The notes under the pieces were generated by a model. It worked only from the letters and a program-made list of their open reading frames with translations, had not been told where the DNA came from and made no database searches. The position numbers and the translations under genes were made by a program. This document shows positions 10,771 through 24,176 of a stretch of DNA of 64,000 bases, piece after piece. Numbering within the stretch: position 1 is the stretch's first letter; each line of letters opens with the position of its first letter. Origin of the DNA: Podarcis tiliguerta (Eukaryota); assembly GCA_965153285.1 (NCBI GenBank), contig OZ229129.1; one strand, written 5' to 3'.

Positions 10771-13700
10771 GCTTTTTAGGACTCAGATTACTTCTAATGA
10801 ACCCGACTTTTAACCAGATTCCTTGGAAAGATTAAGCATGTGTGCATGCACATTATCTCTTGGTGTGTATGTCCGGGGGAAAGGGGAGAAGTGACCAGAG
10901 GGGGTGTGCTCATGGCACTTGTTCAAAACACCAAATATTTCTATGACACTAAAAAGGTTGGCTCCCCTATATTAGAGCTATATTGTCAGTCAAAGTAGAC
11001 GATACTGAGCTAGATGTAGAAATAATCTGACATGGTAGAAGGCAGCTTCCTATAGTCCTAAAAAGCAAATTGAATAAGCAGTTTTAAAGCAAAGAAAAGA
11101 ATCTGCTCAAATCTCATCCTACCTCTGTTTGGTTGTCTTTAGGGCAGGTTTTCCTGACTTGGCACTCTCCAGGTGTACAGGACAACCCCCATAATTCCTG
11201 ACCATATGCCTTATTGTCTGGCACTGATGTAAGTTATAGTCCAAAATAACTGCAAGACACCAAGTTGAGATCCAGGACTCCATCTAACCTTCTGGATCTC
11301 AGTGCCTTCAAGGACAGGGAATGGAGAATGATACATAACACTGGAAGGTGTCTTCATTGTAGAATACTCCTTTCCCCATCAGTGAGTTTGTGTGGACTGA
11401 TGGTCAGTGTCCATGGTGGGTCTGATCCTGGCACCAGTCATGCATATTTTGTCAAGTGTGCATCATTTACTTCTCCCCTGTGGTTTTTCTCATTCTTGGC
11501 CTGCAGATTTTTAACACTTGACACATATTCTCATCCAATCCTCTGTCCCAAAGGGGCCACCATGAATAAATTTCCTGAATATGCATGGCAACCATCATAT
11601 TCCTTTCATTTCTTCTGCTATTTAGGGTTTTCCTGGATTCACAGAACAATTATCACTTTCCTTTTTCTTCTCATTCCACTTTAGTTTTTCTCTCATATGT
11701 ACAAAGGCATGCAACATATCTCTTGACATTGTACCATAACAATCCGAACAGGGTTGTTTTTTATATATATAAAAAAATACATTTTGATGCTAGGGGTTTT
11801 AATTTTTAAAAACCACACTCTATCCTATCTCTGGAATGCCAACATCAAAGATACAAGTTAAAAGGCAGACCTTCTCCTTGTCTAAAACAAATAAGTAAGC
11901 AAATAAAACAAATGCAAGGGAATGCTTAATTTCATTATGCCAAATGCAGATACTTTGCATAAATCTTCCAGAAGTCAGATATAGCTATGTTTAAAGCTAG
12001 CAGACCACAACATAATGAATGTTTAATATCAATGGAAATAAATAATTAGTTTTATAGCTATAAAGACACAAAATGAAATCTATTTCTAAGGGAATATGTT
12101 TACCATGCACTACTATTGTTTTCTACATATTGAAGTGCATTACCTATTCAGGGTGGAATTAAGATTACAAGCAGGACAGAACAGTGGCTGAATATGGCAT
12201 CCCCGTGATATCATCTCCCCCTCAGCAATGTGCCTTTACACGTTGTATATGTTTAGTGCTGAGCCTGTGAAAAAAACTTCCAAATTAAAATTGTGAGGGA
12301 GTAAGGGGTGTGTTTCTACTGCTGAGCCAAGCATGTACACACAGGAATGTGCATCCAATTGCTTTGGGGTGGGGAGAAAACAATGCAGTATGTTAACATC
12401 TGCAACTGAATGCTCATGTAAACTTGGTGTCAATGTGATATTTCAATGGGATGTGCATTTGGATGCTCACCTGAATGAACATCCCCATTACACCATGACA
12501 TGCACCTGTCCTGCAAGAACCAGGTATGTGTTACGCACCACAAGAACTGGATCAAAGTAAATGTCTTGCTGTTTGTCAAAGGTGAGCGTTGAAACAGTCT
12601 GGTGCAGCATTAGACATCATATCAACAGCAAATAATATGGAGTGGGGGTCAGGGAAGCACAGAACATTAATATAACATGACATGAGCTACAGCCTAAAAG
12701 AAGTGGAGAAAGCTGAATGGGGATTCCCCACCCCCCTGCAAGGGTTCCATGTTGTGTATAATGCTATTTCTATTCTAAGAATAAAAATAATTAGAATTTC
12801 ACTCTTTTCCCCCCATTGGTTGACATCCATTTGTCTTGAGAGACAATGGAAGAACATAACTTTGGGGGTAAAGTCAAACCATTGGGAAGTTACAGCACCT
12901 GCTGTGGCTGTAGAGACCAATACAGGAGAGGCATGTTTGGCTGTAGCTGGGGCAGATAAAGGTGTCTGGTTCTAGCAGTGGGGGCTCAGACCCTATTTAC
13001 ATAATCTTGAAGTAGAAGAAAGAATTCACTCAGATAACTAAGACTGAACTATTCCATTCACAAAACAGTTGATTCATTGCAGAAAACCATGGCTGGTAAA
13101 ATATTGTTTGTGACCTGGTAAATATTGCTTCCTGTCCATCCCTGGGAGAGAATAAGGGATATAGGAGCTGCTTCCTGGGAATTAGCTACCAGAATCAACC
13201 AATGAAACACCTGGAGAAAATAATGAATTGCTGGCCCGCCCATGATGCAAGATGAAGTGAGTACCTCAGGTGGCAGGATCCACAGGGGCAGCAGATCCCT
13301 GGTGGGAAGGGGGGGTGCCATTTTGTGATTTGCTTCGGGTACCAAAATGTCTTGGGCAAGCCCTGTCTGTGCAAAACCCTGATAAAGTTTTCTAATTCTT
13401 GCAGAACTTTTTGTGTGCTTCCAAAATTGTTTGGGAATTTTTAACCTAAAAAGAACCTCCATATTGGTATTAGGTTGGAATACAAGGTCTGTGGTTCGCT
13501 TAATGAAACTTCTCCTCAGATGTTCCCTAAGGCAAAGTGTGGTGACAATTCTAGTTGTCTGGATTAATCCAAAGTGGATTCCTTCCAGCTGCTGTTTTAA
13601 TTCACCATTTGTACCTTTCAGTAGTGATGGGATATAGGCCCTGAAGCTCTGTCTTAATCACTTACAACATGTTCTGAGTAGCCCAGAGAGAGGTCCAGAT

Positions 13701-14146
13701 ATCTTGGGGTGTTGCACTACCAGACTCCAAAGCTCAACTGTCAAAACACATTATCAACCAGATTGGTCTTAACGCAGGATTGTTCTCCTGTATCATCCAT
13801 TATCTCCTCATTGTAGGACAGGTATTGCTATGCATAATGACAACATTCCCCTTGTTTTTGTCTTGGTGATTGCTGTAGATCTTAAAGGATATTCCACCTG
13901 ATGTTTCTGGCTCATTTCTCTCTATCACATCTACCTGGAACTCTACATTTAGCTGAAGGAACTCACTGTAGATTGCATCTCTCCTAAGGAGCTTGCTCTG
14001 TTGATTTCCGTACTTAAAATAATTGTTAGGACAGCACCCCTGAACCTTTTTTTTTTTTCACATCTTGAAATGAATGTTAAACTTTGACCCCATATATAAA
14101 ACCATTCTTTTGCTGTACCTTAATAAATAAACTTGAGGATCTAAGG

Positions 14147-14283
14147 CAGAAATGGGGAACCAGTTGCCCTCCAGACGTTTTTAGACTCCATCTTCTATCA
14201 GCCCCAGCTAATGGTCTAGTGGTCAGAGATGACGGGAGTTGTAGTCCAGCAACATCTGGAGGGACACAGCTTCTCCACCCCCA
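14147..14283. mobile_element. Palindromic hAT-like MITE
   Basis: CCCTCCAGACGTT...GGGAGTTGTAGTCCAGCAACATCTGGAGGG internal inverted repeat. Confidence 0.7.
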
Positions 14284-15564
14284 CTTCATATAATTTTTCC
14301 TGGTAGTAGACCATTGCATGCTGCTTTCCAATATTTCATCTCTAGTGGGTGTGGTGTGAATTGGCACCTGATTCCATTAAGCATAATTGGGGGTCTATTT
14401 TATATATGCAGTGGAATGAACTGATGGAGCTCTGATGCAGAGATAGTGGGCCACTTTAGATTGTTCATGGGTGAATCACATTTTTTTAAATATTCCTCTA
14501 GGCAAAACATATGCACTAGATCTCCTATGGGGAGTTATTCATTAATAAAATTAACTTTATAGTATTATTTCTAATTCTGCAGCTGTACACACACAGCAGT
14601 GTGTGAAAATTTTGTGCAGATCTGTGACCTCTTTTTGCTCCCTTTTTTCGGACGTACTTAAGTGGACCCCCTATTTCTCCCTGATGTCATAGCTTTGCTT
14701 TGTTTTCACTTGCAAAGCTTTTCTTTTCTTCTCAACAAAGGGAGAAGAACATTCAAAAATGGTATTCCCCACTTTCACTTTCAAATTTTAAAGTCTACCG
14801 CCTCATTCTGCTGAATGTGTAGACCAGCCTAAATTCTGTGTGGTCAATATTGCAACAAGATAGCAATATTCCATTCCCCTAATATCTCAGTTACCCACCC
14901 ACAAATTCCAAGTCAGGAAGAATAATGCTGAGACAAGGAAACTCCGGTATGTGGATGTAAATCAATGCAGGAGGGCGTCAAATCTTTAATACTTTGGCAA
15001 AGTGCTGTTTCACTGCAGAACCAGAAATTGTCTGGCCTCATCATTTTGATTTTTCTCTATAACACATTGTTGAAGTAAGCCATAAGCATCTCAGCTAGCA
15101 CTGTCAGGAATGGGCCATTTAAGCCCTCCCCCCTTTGCTGAGTTCTTACACATATGCCTCTCTTCCCCACCCCAGGCTAGTTTGACAAGAGCTTTGCTGT
15201 GGTTTTGTTGAAATCTCCAGAGAACAATGCTTTTCTTGCAGTGTCAGGCAGTCTCCTTGAAGACAGCAATTCTGCCTTACAGTTCCCTGCTCAAGCACAA
15301 TGGAACACCAAATAAAAAAAAATGGAGAGGGGGGTTGCATGAGAAAATAGAGCTTACATTGCAGAAGATGGATGCAGACTGAAAAAAATTGTGTCATTTG
15401 GCTCAAATAGTGTGAGGTTTTCATAGCAAGTGGGAAACAAGTTCAAGTTAATTGTAATGTGTTTCCCCAAAGAACACACACATACACACAACAACAACGC
15501 ATACTGGCAAAAGGACTTCTCCATTATAATATAGTTACACTACATTTCAAAAGTATAGTCAATA

Positions 15565-15745
15565 GTCATTAGATTGCTAAATGAAGACCTGGCAGACCTG
15601 GGTTGAAATCCCTGCTCTGCCATGGAACTCAATGAGTTACTTACCTTTCAGCTTCCCTTAACTCACAGGATTGTTGTGAGAATAACATGCAGGGATGTTG
15701 CTTTCCCTGGAGCTCTTAGGTGGAAAGGTGGGATATACATGTATG
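15565..15745 (+). mobile_element. Old MIR/CORE-type SINE remnant
   Basis: AGACCTGGGTTGAAATCCCTGCTCTGCCA and CTCACAGGATTGTTGTGAGAATAA CORE motifs. Confidence 0.55.
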
Positions 15746-18700
15746 GATTTAGGAGTGTGATTATTTAACATATTTTTATAAAGCACCTTCCAATACATTT
15801 GTGTGTATTGAATTGTTCCCCTAATTCCTGGAAATGTTACATCTCTATCATTTTCCTGTTTCTTTCATGGTTTAATACCTAGAAAGAACATAGTTGTTAT
15901 ACAGGTCCCAAACCTGTACAGATTGCAGTAACAATTCAGTACACCTGCAACTCAAAGTCGATTGATGATACTTCCAGGCAATCCAGAACTCTAGGACTCC
16001 AGGGTATAATTGAGCTAAAGATCTGCTTCTGAAATTGTCTGATTACTCTATGGAAACACACAGTCCTGAACACTTTGTCACCTGCCAAGCAAAACTCAAC
16101 TTGCCACTATGTGTATTGTGACAGAATAAATCATTTTGCCCTCTCTTCCTTGTTTTAAGCAAGAAGGAAACAGATAGCAGTTTACCTTGTCTCCATAAGG
16201 TCGAAATACATGTTTGGTGGGCCATGTTGATTCTCACAAATTCTGGAAGTCTGAAAGAAAATCCCAACCACCACTGACACCATTCCTACTCAAATTCCAA
16301 TCATGCAATATCTGGGGCTGTGAAATTTCCTGGATGAACGAAGTTAGTTTTTATCATGCACAACTCCTCAATCTGAGCTGCAGGCTAAAATGAATTAGAC
16401 AGAAATCTTGGTAAGCAAGCTTCATTTTCTCCATGAGAGCAACAGCTGGCCTGCTCCAGCTGTAGCAAGGGTGTATGTAGGGCAGATCCTCGAGTGCTCC
16501 TAACACAAACCCAAAAATAAACAGCACCTGCAAGGGCATATGAAGAACTCCCATATGAACAAACCTCATATGAATTCTGTTCTGTAACTTCTTCCCTGTG
16601 CAGGCCCTAAGTTGAACTTGGGTCCTTCCAACTAGAAAGGATTACATTGTGTGCTACAAAAGGAACAAAAAAATTGTTTCTCACATTGAATGTTCCAAGG
16701 CAACTTTGCATTACTACTTCGCTTCTGATGAGGGAGGACTGGAGATGTATGGTGGGTTCTCCAGCCCATTTCCCCCCTTTCAGTTACAGAGGTAGAAAAC
16801 ATGGGAAGCCAGGAGGTACAAAGCCATACAATGCTATTCATAAAGCATCATCAGCTCCAAACCCCAGAGGTCCTTAACATAGTTCTAATAGAAGCTGCTT
16901 AGCACTTACAGATTTTGTCCATTCTATTCTTTCTCTGTGGGTTTGCTCTGGATCATGTTCAACTTGCCTGTCTGGAATATAGGGCTGCATTGTGCCCCGC
17001 CAGGTCCACTCTATGTGGTCCTCTCCCAGGCCACAACCTGTCTCCCACATTATATCCTTTCCCCCTAGATATTCCCTTTACAAGCCCTGCTCTGCTCCCT
17101 CCATAAGTGCATTTGCTGGGTTGGACTGCTTAGCCGGATAGCTAAATGTAGGAGGTGGGAATAGGTAGACAGGTAGGCAAGTAGTAGGCTCTGGATTGTC
17201 TCCTTGATTTCCCTCAGGATCTCCTGGCTCCATAGGTTTGGAGATGGGTCAGTTTGCCACAAACAAACAAAAAATTAAAAGGTGAAACACTAGGTTTATC
17301 TGTCAGGACTCATGAAACTAGATGTGTTTTTGCAATGTGTGTGTTTTCAGGCCCCATTCACTGCCAGCACTAACCATGCCTACTGATGGTCATACAAAGT
17401 TGTATGTGGCTCCTGAATACCTGCTCAATATTGCATGTTGCCATTGGGGGGCAAATAGCTTTCTCACACCTGCCATGACTAATGCAGGACAGTCAATTAG
17501 GGAGCTTAAGAGCAGGAACTGCATGAGGTCAAGACTGGCTGTAGCTGGAAAATTTGTATCACACCCACAGGGCTTCAGTCTTGTAGTTCCTGAGGTCTCC
17601 CACAACATCCTTCCAAACCAAATCTAGAACTGCCCACTAGTCCACAATGCTTTTGTCCCACTGAGTTACATTTGACAGTGAGCATTTAGTTTTTCTAAGA
17701 TGTGAAAGTTGCACAAAACATAGACAACTTAATTACCCTGGCAAGAAGGAAAGATTTATCTTTGAATGTGGCCTATGGATTCACTTTTCTAAATTAAAAC
17801 AGTGTCCTTGCTCAACAAAAATGAGGATTTGATAATCCCTTAACTCTGTGCTCCTTTCGTCTCTTTAATAAACTAAGTACCTTGTCTTATTCCCGTACAC
17901 ACTTGCTGATCGAGCAATCAGTCAGGTCACAGATTCATATAAATATGACAAGCTCTGATTGGTAAATGTTGCCACTTTTAACAGCTGACACACACCCTGA
18001 AAAATGGTGCTGGTAATGAAAAGTGGCTGTAGTGTCCAGTAACAAAGCCTACCAGTAGAGCGATGTGTCAATCCAACAGCAAATCACTGAAGTAATTTGT
18101 CACAATGTTACATGATGTTGCCAGAAACCAAGTCCTACTCCTACAAATGTGGTGGGAAACTTCAGCCCTGAGAGCCCCAATGCAGCTCTTCAGAATTCTT
18201 CCCCAGGCCATGGTGGTCTAGGTGGAAGATGGAATGGGTGTGTGAGTTTATGCAAAAACTAGCCTGCTGTGCAAAGGTAAAAGTTACACTTGTTGCTTTA
18301 CCGCTATTTGTCATTTCAGCACCATGGTTAGCTCCCAAGTTACTCTAGTCTAGGAGGTTTATGATGTTGTCAAACTAAGTGGTTTGCCTAATTGACTCAG
18401 TTTTTTGTCTTTTATTACAAAAGCACATGTGCCATACTCAACACTATATGGCACATTATAAACTTCTTTTTTACATTGCGTGGGGCTCACCAGTGATTAA
18501 AGCTGATCCAAGGGGCTTATGGGATATAAAAGTCTAATGAACAAACATAAATTGAGCGCTGTTTCAAACTATACTGCTTCTCTTGATAAATGCTGGCATT
18601 TGATGCATCACTCTTGGCATTTTGCAGTATGTAGAAGAGAGAAGAGGTTTCCTCTACAATAATTTTCCTTTTGCAAATCCTTTATCTGGTTCTACAATAG

Positions 18701-19334
18701 GAATAAATAAAAGAGCTAACAACTGGGGAAATCAGGCAGCGGATTGGACATACCTTATTTCTTCCCCAAACACTTTTACCCCAGTGTTAAGAAAGTAAGA
18801 AGAGCTTATGTGCTTGAGCAGACAAAAGGCCTATTCAGTCCAGCAGTCTATTCTCATACTGGCCAACCAGATGCCTATAGGAAGGCCACAAGCAAAACGT
18901 GAGTGAAATGGCATTCTCTCATGGAAGTTCATGTGTTCGAGAACTTCCTAGAATAGCTAAGTGCAGCCACTAAGGGAATAACTGTGGTAAGGAATTCAAA
19001 ATTTGTTCTGTTGGATTAAGAGGAAAGCAGAGGAGACTAGGAGTCTAATTTTGTTATGCAGATGCTCTTATCTGCTCAAAGATCTGTGCCAAAAAAACCC
19101 CCACACAATCAGGACAAAAGAGCCATGCTTTGTTACCATGAAGGGAAGCATTCTCCACCACACATAAACAATAGCTTTGGTTTGATGAAATGTCTGACCT
19201 TCCCTTTGAACAAACTGCAAACAGAAATCCTACAACAAACTGCAAAGAGAAAATAGAGTTACAATATAAAAGCCTACCCTCCCTCCATTGAACTCAAAGG
19301 GGCATACATGGACATACACCCCACACACCATTTT

Positions 19335-19505
19335 ATCTTCAAAACTATTGACAGCCTTATCCTGCATGAAGTTGTCCAATCCTCTTTTAAAACCATCTAA
19401 ATTCGTGGCCATCACTCCCTCCTGTGAGACTGACTTTCATAGTTTACATGGAGAAGTATTTTTTTAAAAAATCTATCCTGAATTTTCTAACATTTCTATG
19501 GATCC
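19335..19505 (-). mobile_element. CR1-like LINE 3' fragment
   Basis: Minus translation MATNLDGFKRGLDNFMQDKAV resembles the CR1 ORF2 C-terminus and the copy at 37250. Confidence 0.7.
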
Positions 19506-21244
19506 AGCTCTCTACTTCCTAGGCTGCTAGCCCCTTTGCTGGGCTCAAACAGTGCTTGGGGTCACCTCCACATTCTGCTAGGACTATCCTCAGGGCTGTT
19601 CAGCTCAAATTTCCCAACCTTTTCCTACTATGTCTCGGATTCTTCCCATCCCCTCCACCATATCTCCATGGGACTCATGAAATATTGGGTGGGGTTGAGC
19701 ATTTTGAAAGGAAGGAAAGAGAGAGAGAAAATGTTTTTAAAATAAGCCAAGCATGGAAAATACCACTTGACAGTTTAAGAATCTACTATTCTGGTAGATG
19801 AGCTGTAAGGGAGGTTGCTGCAAAGTATTTTATCTGCAAATTTCCCATGAAAAATCGGGAATAAAGTGCATACGGTTCTTAAATTGCAAGTTCCTTTATT
19901 GAATATATTCCATCTATCTAGCTTAGAAAAGTGGAGTGCACAAAGATTAAAAGATCCCGAGTGCATATGTTATGTAAGTAAATCCTTATTGCAAAATGTA
20001 TGTCTTATATTATTTCACTCTCTCCATTTCTTTTATTTAGTATCATTGTGATTTTTTAAAAGATAATTTGCACCAAACAGGGAAGAAAGCTAGGAAGGAA
20101 CATTTTTAATTCTAATTCTCCCCCTACCCCACCCCCTTTAAAAAGAATTAAGTACAAGAACGTACTGAAAGTGCATGCATCCATGAAAAGATTGATATTA
20201 AGATACACATTAGAGCATGAAAAATCCTGCCTAAGCTCAGTCATTTAAGTAGCAAAGTAGTAATCAAACCTCATTAACCACATGGTTTGCATGTTGTAGA
20301 ATATCCATCAAGATGGCTTTAATAAAACGATAAACTCACTGGCATGGGAGAATATATCTGAGAAGGTAGCTGGGGTAAACAAATACAACTACAGTTAATT
20401 ATCAAATTACTTCTTAACAATAGATATGAATATAACAGCCAATGACTACCAATTGCAATGACTAGTGACAAATGTTTGCTTAGGGCTTGACTTCTTCCAC
20501 TACTAAATAATTGTTTAGAAAGAAAGAAAGAAAATGTTTGCTTTATTTCAAATAAAACTGTTAGGTCTTTGCAGGAGGACCTAAGATGAAAAGTTCAGAA
20601 AGCACAATCTCTGTATGGAGAATGTTCCCTTGGCATAATCCCTGCTGTTAAGTGACCAGGCAGTCCCAGCTGTGTAGAGCTGGGATACTATAGCTTTAAG
20701 AGAGTTCAGAATTAATCACATCATGGTCCTATACAAAACTCAAAAACTATTGGACATATATACTTAACTGACATAGATACAACTTTGTTGTCCCCCATAA
20801 AATCAGTTCTGTTTTATGTTTAATGATATTCAGGGACCAACATAGATCACAACAGTGTCAACCAACCCTCCACATGAGTGTGCATGTGTTTAGAGTGTGA
20901 GAGAGCACTCATACACAGTGCTGGCCCAAGACATTTTGGCATCTGAGGCGGACCCCCAAATGTCTCCCTGCCAAAGAAGAATGGGTGAGGGAACAAGGAG
21001 AGGGGCAAGAAAGATTGACATTGGGATCTGCTGCCTCAGTGCATCCTGTCACTTAGGCATCACCTCACCTTGCCTCTGAGTTGGGCTGGCCCCCCACATT
21101 CCTACATAATTTAGAGAAGAAAGATGCTGATAGAACAGGAAGACAGGCACCTCTAGCGAAGTAAACTTTGGTTATGGTATGGTGTTTGTTCATCTAGGCT
21201 AGGGATGAAAAAGGAATCCATTATAAATAGATAAATAAATAGAT

Positions 21245-21612
21245 GGGATCCAGCAGTTCCGACCCAATTCCACTGAGCCTCTTGAGCTGGCCGATCAGAA
21301 GATCAGCAATTTGAATCCCTGTGATGGAGTGAGCTCCCGCTGCTCTGTCCCAGCTCCTGCCAACCTAGCAGTTCGAAAGCACGTCAAAGTGCAAGTAGAT
21401 CAATAGGTACTGCTCCAGAGGGAAGGTAAACGGCGTTGCCGTGCACTGCTCTGGTTTTGCCAGAATTGGCTTAGTCATGTTGGCCACATGACCTGGAAAA
21501 ACTGTCTGCGGACAAACGCCGGCTCCCTCGGCCAATAAAGTGAGATGAGCACCGCAACCGCAGAGTCTTTCGTGACTGGACTTAACTGTCAGGTGTCCTT
21601 TACCTTTACCTT
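21245..21612 (+). mobile_element. Sauria SINE
   Basis: Core GCCAACCTAGCAGTTCGAAAGCACGTCAAAGTGCAAGTAGA; tail CCTTTACCTTTACC; 5' head is diverged. Confidence 0.92.
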
Positions 21613-22639
21613 TTAGATAAGTGCACCATTGAGATTTTCAGAAACATTCCATTTCTATCCAATAGTGAAAGTAACCACTCACCTATTTCTTGAAGAAGAA
21701 CACACCCCAGGGGCAATTAAAAGTAGCAATAGTGATGTAGGTTTTCCAAGCACTTTTGAGCTGGGAAATTTCTCAGTGGATATATGGGGTTGTCTCCAGC
21801 TAAGTTCTACACACTGTAGACGGATTGAAATTAATGGACCTAAGTTAGTCATGCTCATTAATTTTAATGGGTCTACTCTAAGTAGAAATTGAATTGAAGA
21901 CAACTCCTGATTTGGTATATTTGAGGAGGAAAAGGAGGAAATAATCGGAATACTGCAAAACTTATAAATATCTGGAATACTTTCTGATATTTTCTGATAG
22001 TCAAAAACAGTATTTGACTGGTGCATGTGCATGAGGGAATCAAAAAGGGCATTTGGTGTGGTTTAAGCATTAGATTCAAAGTTTAACTTGGAAATTATTT
22101 TGGGGGGAATTGATGTAAATAGGTGACAAATATGACAAAATAGCATGCACTGTTGTTGCATTATTTAGTGTGGGTTTTTTTGGGGGGGTTGTAAATGGTT
22201 AACATATTGGGCTGGATCTAGATTAGGCTGCAATCCCAATCACACCTAATCAGAGGTTAAACCCTATTGAATACAGTGATATTTGCTTCCAGTTCAATCA
22301 CTGTGAGAAGAGATGCTCAACTAAATGGGCCACTGGCCTCATCCAGCAGGCTCATCTTATGTTCAGTAGTTTTGACTTCATGTTAAAGGACAGAATCAGC
22401 ACTTCTGCTGGAAGCATGAAACTTCTGAACTGGTAATAGGGTTGCGGCTCTACAATATATGTGGACTATTTTTTAAGTCACAAGATAGAGGTAAACATAG
22501 CTATGATGCAGCCAAATGTTGCTCCTCATCCAAGGTACACATGAGACGTGACTAGGAAGGCAGAGCAGGTGCAGCATAATGGAATGTTGGGTCTTTAAAT
22601 CTATTTACCATGATGCAATGGGCACTAAGCTCCCATCTG

Positions 22640-22990
22640 ACTTATACATTTAAAGTAGTATCAAACCACTTTAAACAATCATACTTCCCTCAAAGACTCA
22701 TTGGAACTATGGTTTATTAAAGGTGCTTAGCATTCTTCAGAGACACCTGTGTCCCTCACAAAACTACAATTTGCAGAGTTCCCAAATAAGAGGGATTGAT
22801 GGTTAAACGTCTCTGGGAAATATAACTGTGCATGGTTTGACCATCAATCCCACTTCACAGGGAGGTTTCCTCTCTGTGAAGGGATTGAGATCTCCTAACA
22901 ACTCTCAGCACCCATAACTACATTTCCCAGGATCCTTTGGGGAAGTCATCCTTTGGGGAAGTGTTATAATACTGCTTTAAATGCACAGCC
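22640..22990. mobile_element. Palindromic non-autonomous DNA transposon, family unassigned
   Basis: ACATTTAAAG...CTTTAAATG inverted ends; relatives at 39718-39935, 40665-40975 and 49470-49670. Confidence 0.6.
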
Positions 22991-23343
22991 CCTAAAGGGC
23001 ATCCACCATGAAAGGGAAAGCCTCTCTGCTTGCCTGCACTCTTGGAAGATGAAATTTCACAGATCAAGTTTTGTTGTTAACAAACATGCAATAAATCAGC
23101 ATGAATTTTAAAAGCCAGGGAGGAAAAAAATGGCTAATGAAATACCAAAGCAATTGATAGATTGTATAGTAATATACTTGGTTCAAAATGCAGATAATTA
23201 AACAGATTAATCACAGAAGCGGGAAGGGAAAGCATTGCATAAAATGGGGGGGGGGGGGAAATCTTATTACTTATGTTTGCCATTTACCTTTGAGTTTACC
23301 CCATGCATGTGAGTTGACAAACCAGGTGAGAGGATCAGTAATC

Positions 23344-23344
<1 letters not shown>

Positions 23345-23381
<37 letters not shown>
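23345..23381. repeat. (TTTC)n microsatellite
   Basis: Seen directly. Confidence 0.95.
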
Positions 23382-23383
<2 letters not shown>

Positions 23384-24148
23384 GTGGTGGGAGAGAAACA
23401 CTCTCTATTATGCCTTTGCAAGCCATATAAAATTACTATTGTCTCCTGCTGAAGAAAACCCTGCCTCCCACTCCCCATTGCTCCCAATAAACTTGGTGAT
23501 CTGTCTTGTGCCTACACATCAGTGCCTTTAAAACTACAAGTGGGATTAGCATCACTCTCCTGGGATATTCTACTGCCTCATCACAACCAATTTGTCACAA
23601 TGAGAGTCTAATTAAATGCATTACTCTTATTCAGGGGAGAAGCAAATACATGAACTACATTCCGAACTTAGCTATGCAAGTCTTCCTCTTTCCTTCCTTC
23701 CACAGTAGAGTCCTTGCTTTGCTATGTCAGACCCCAGGGGATGTCCTCAGGCCCTTGTGTGTTATGAAGTCAGTGAATCTAAGCTTCCCTCTTTGCTATA
23801 ACGGTTGGATGAATAAGTCCCCATACATTCAAGGGGCTCACCCTTCAGGGTAAGCATTGAACCGAGCATCTCTCTGTTCTCTTTAATCATTCAGTTCTTT
23901 CCCTCCCCCCTTTTTTGTTATCCCAAATGAATCAAAACTGAAGCCTCAAGGAGAGTGGAAGAGATCATATAGACTGCTTTGACATGTCAAGTTGTTCTGA
24001 AAGGTAGTCACAGCTATGGGACCATTGTGTTTGCTAAATAGGATGTCAAAAAGTCAGTTAAGTGTTTTCCTTCCAACAATGAAACAGTATTTGTAGAGTG
24101 AATCAATGTAACAAGCAACAGTGTATATTTTGTTATTCCCTCGATTTG

Positions 24149-24176
24149 TACACACACACACACACACACACACACA
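24149..24176. repeat. (CA)n microsatellite
   Basis: Seen directly. Confidence 0.95.
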
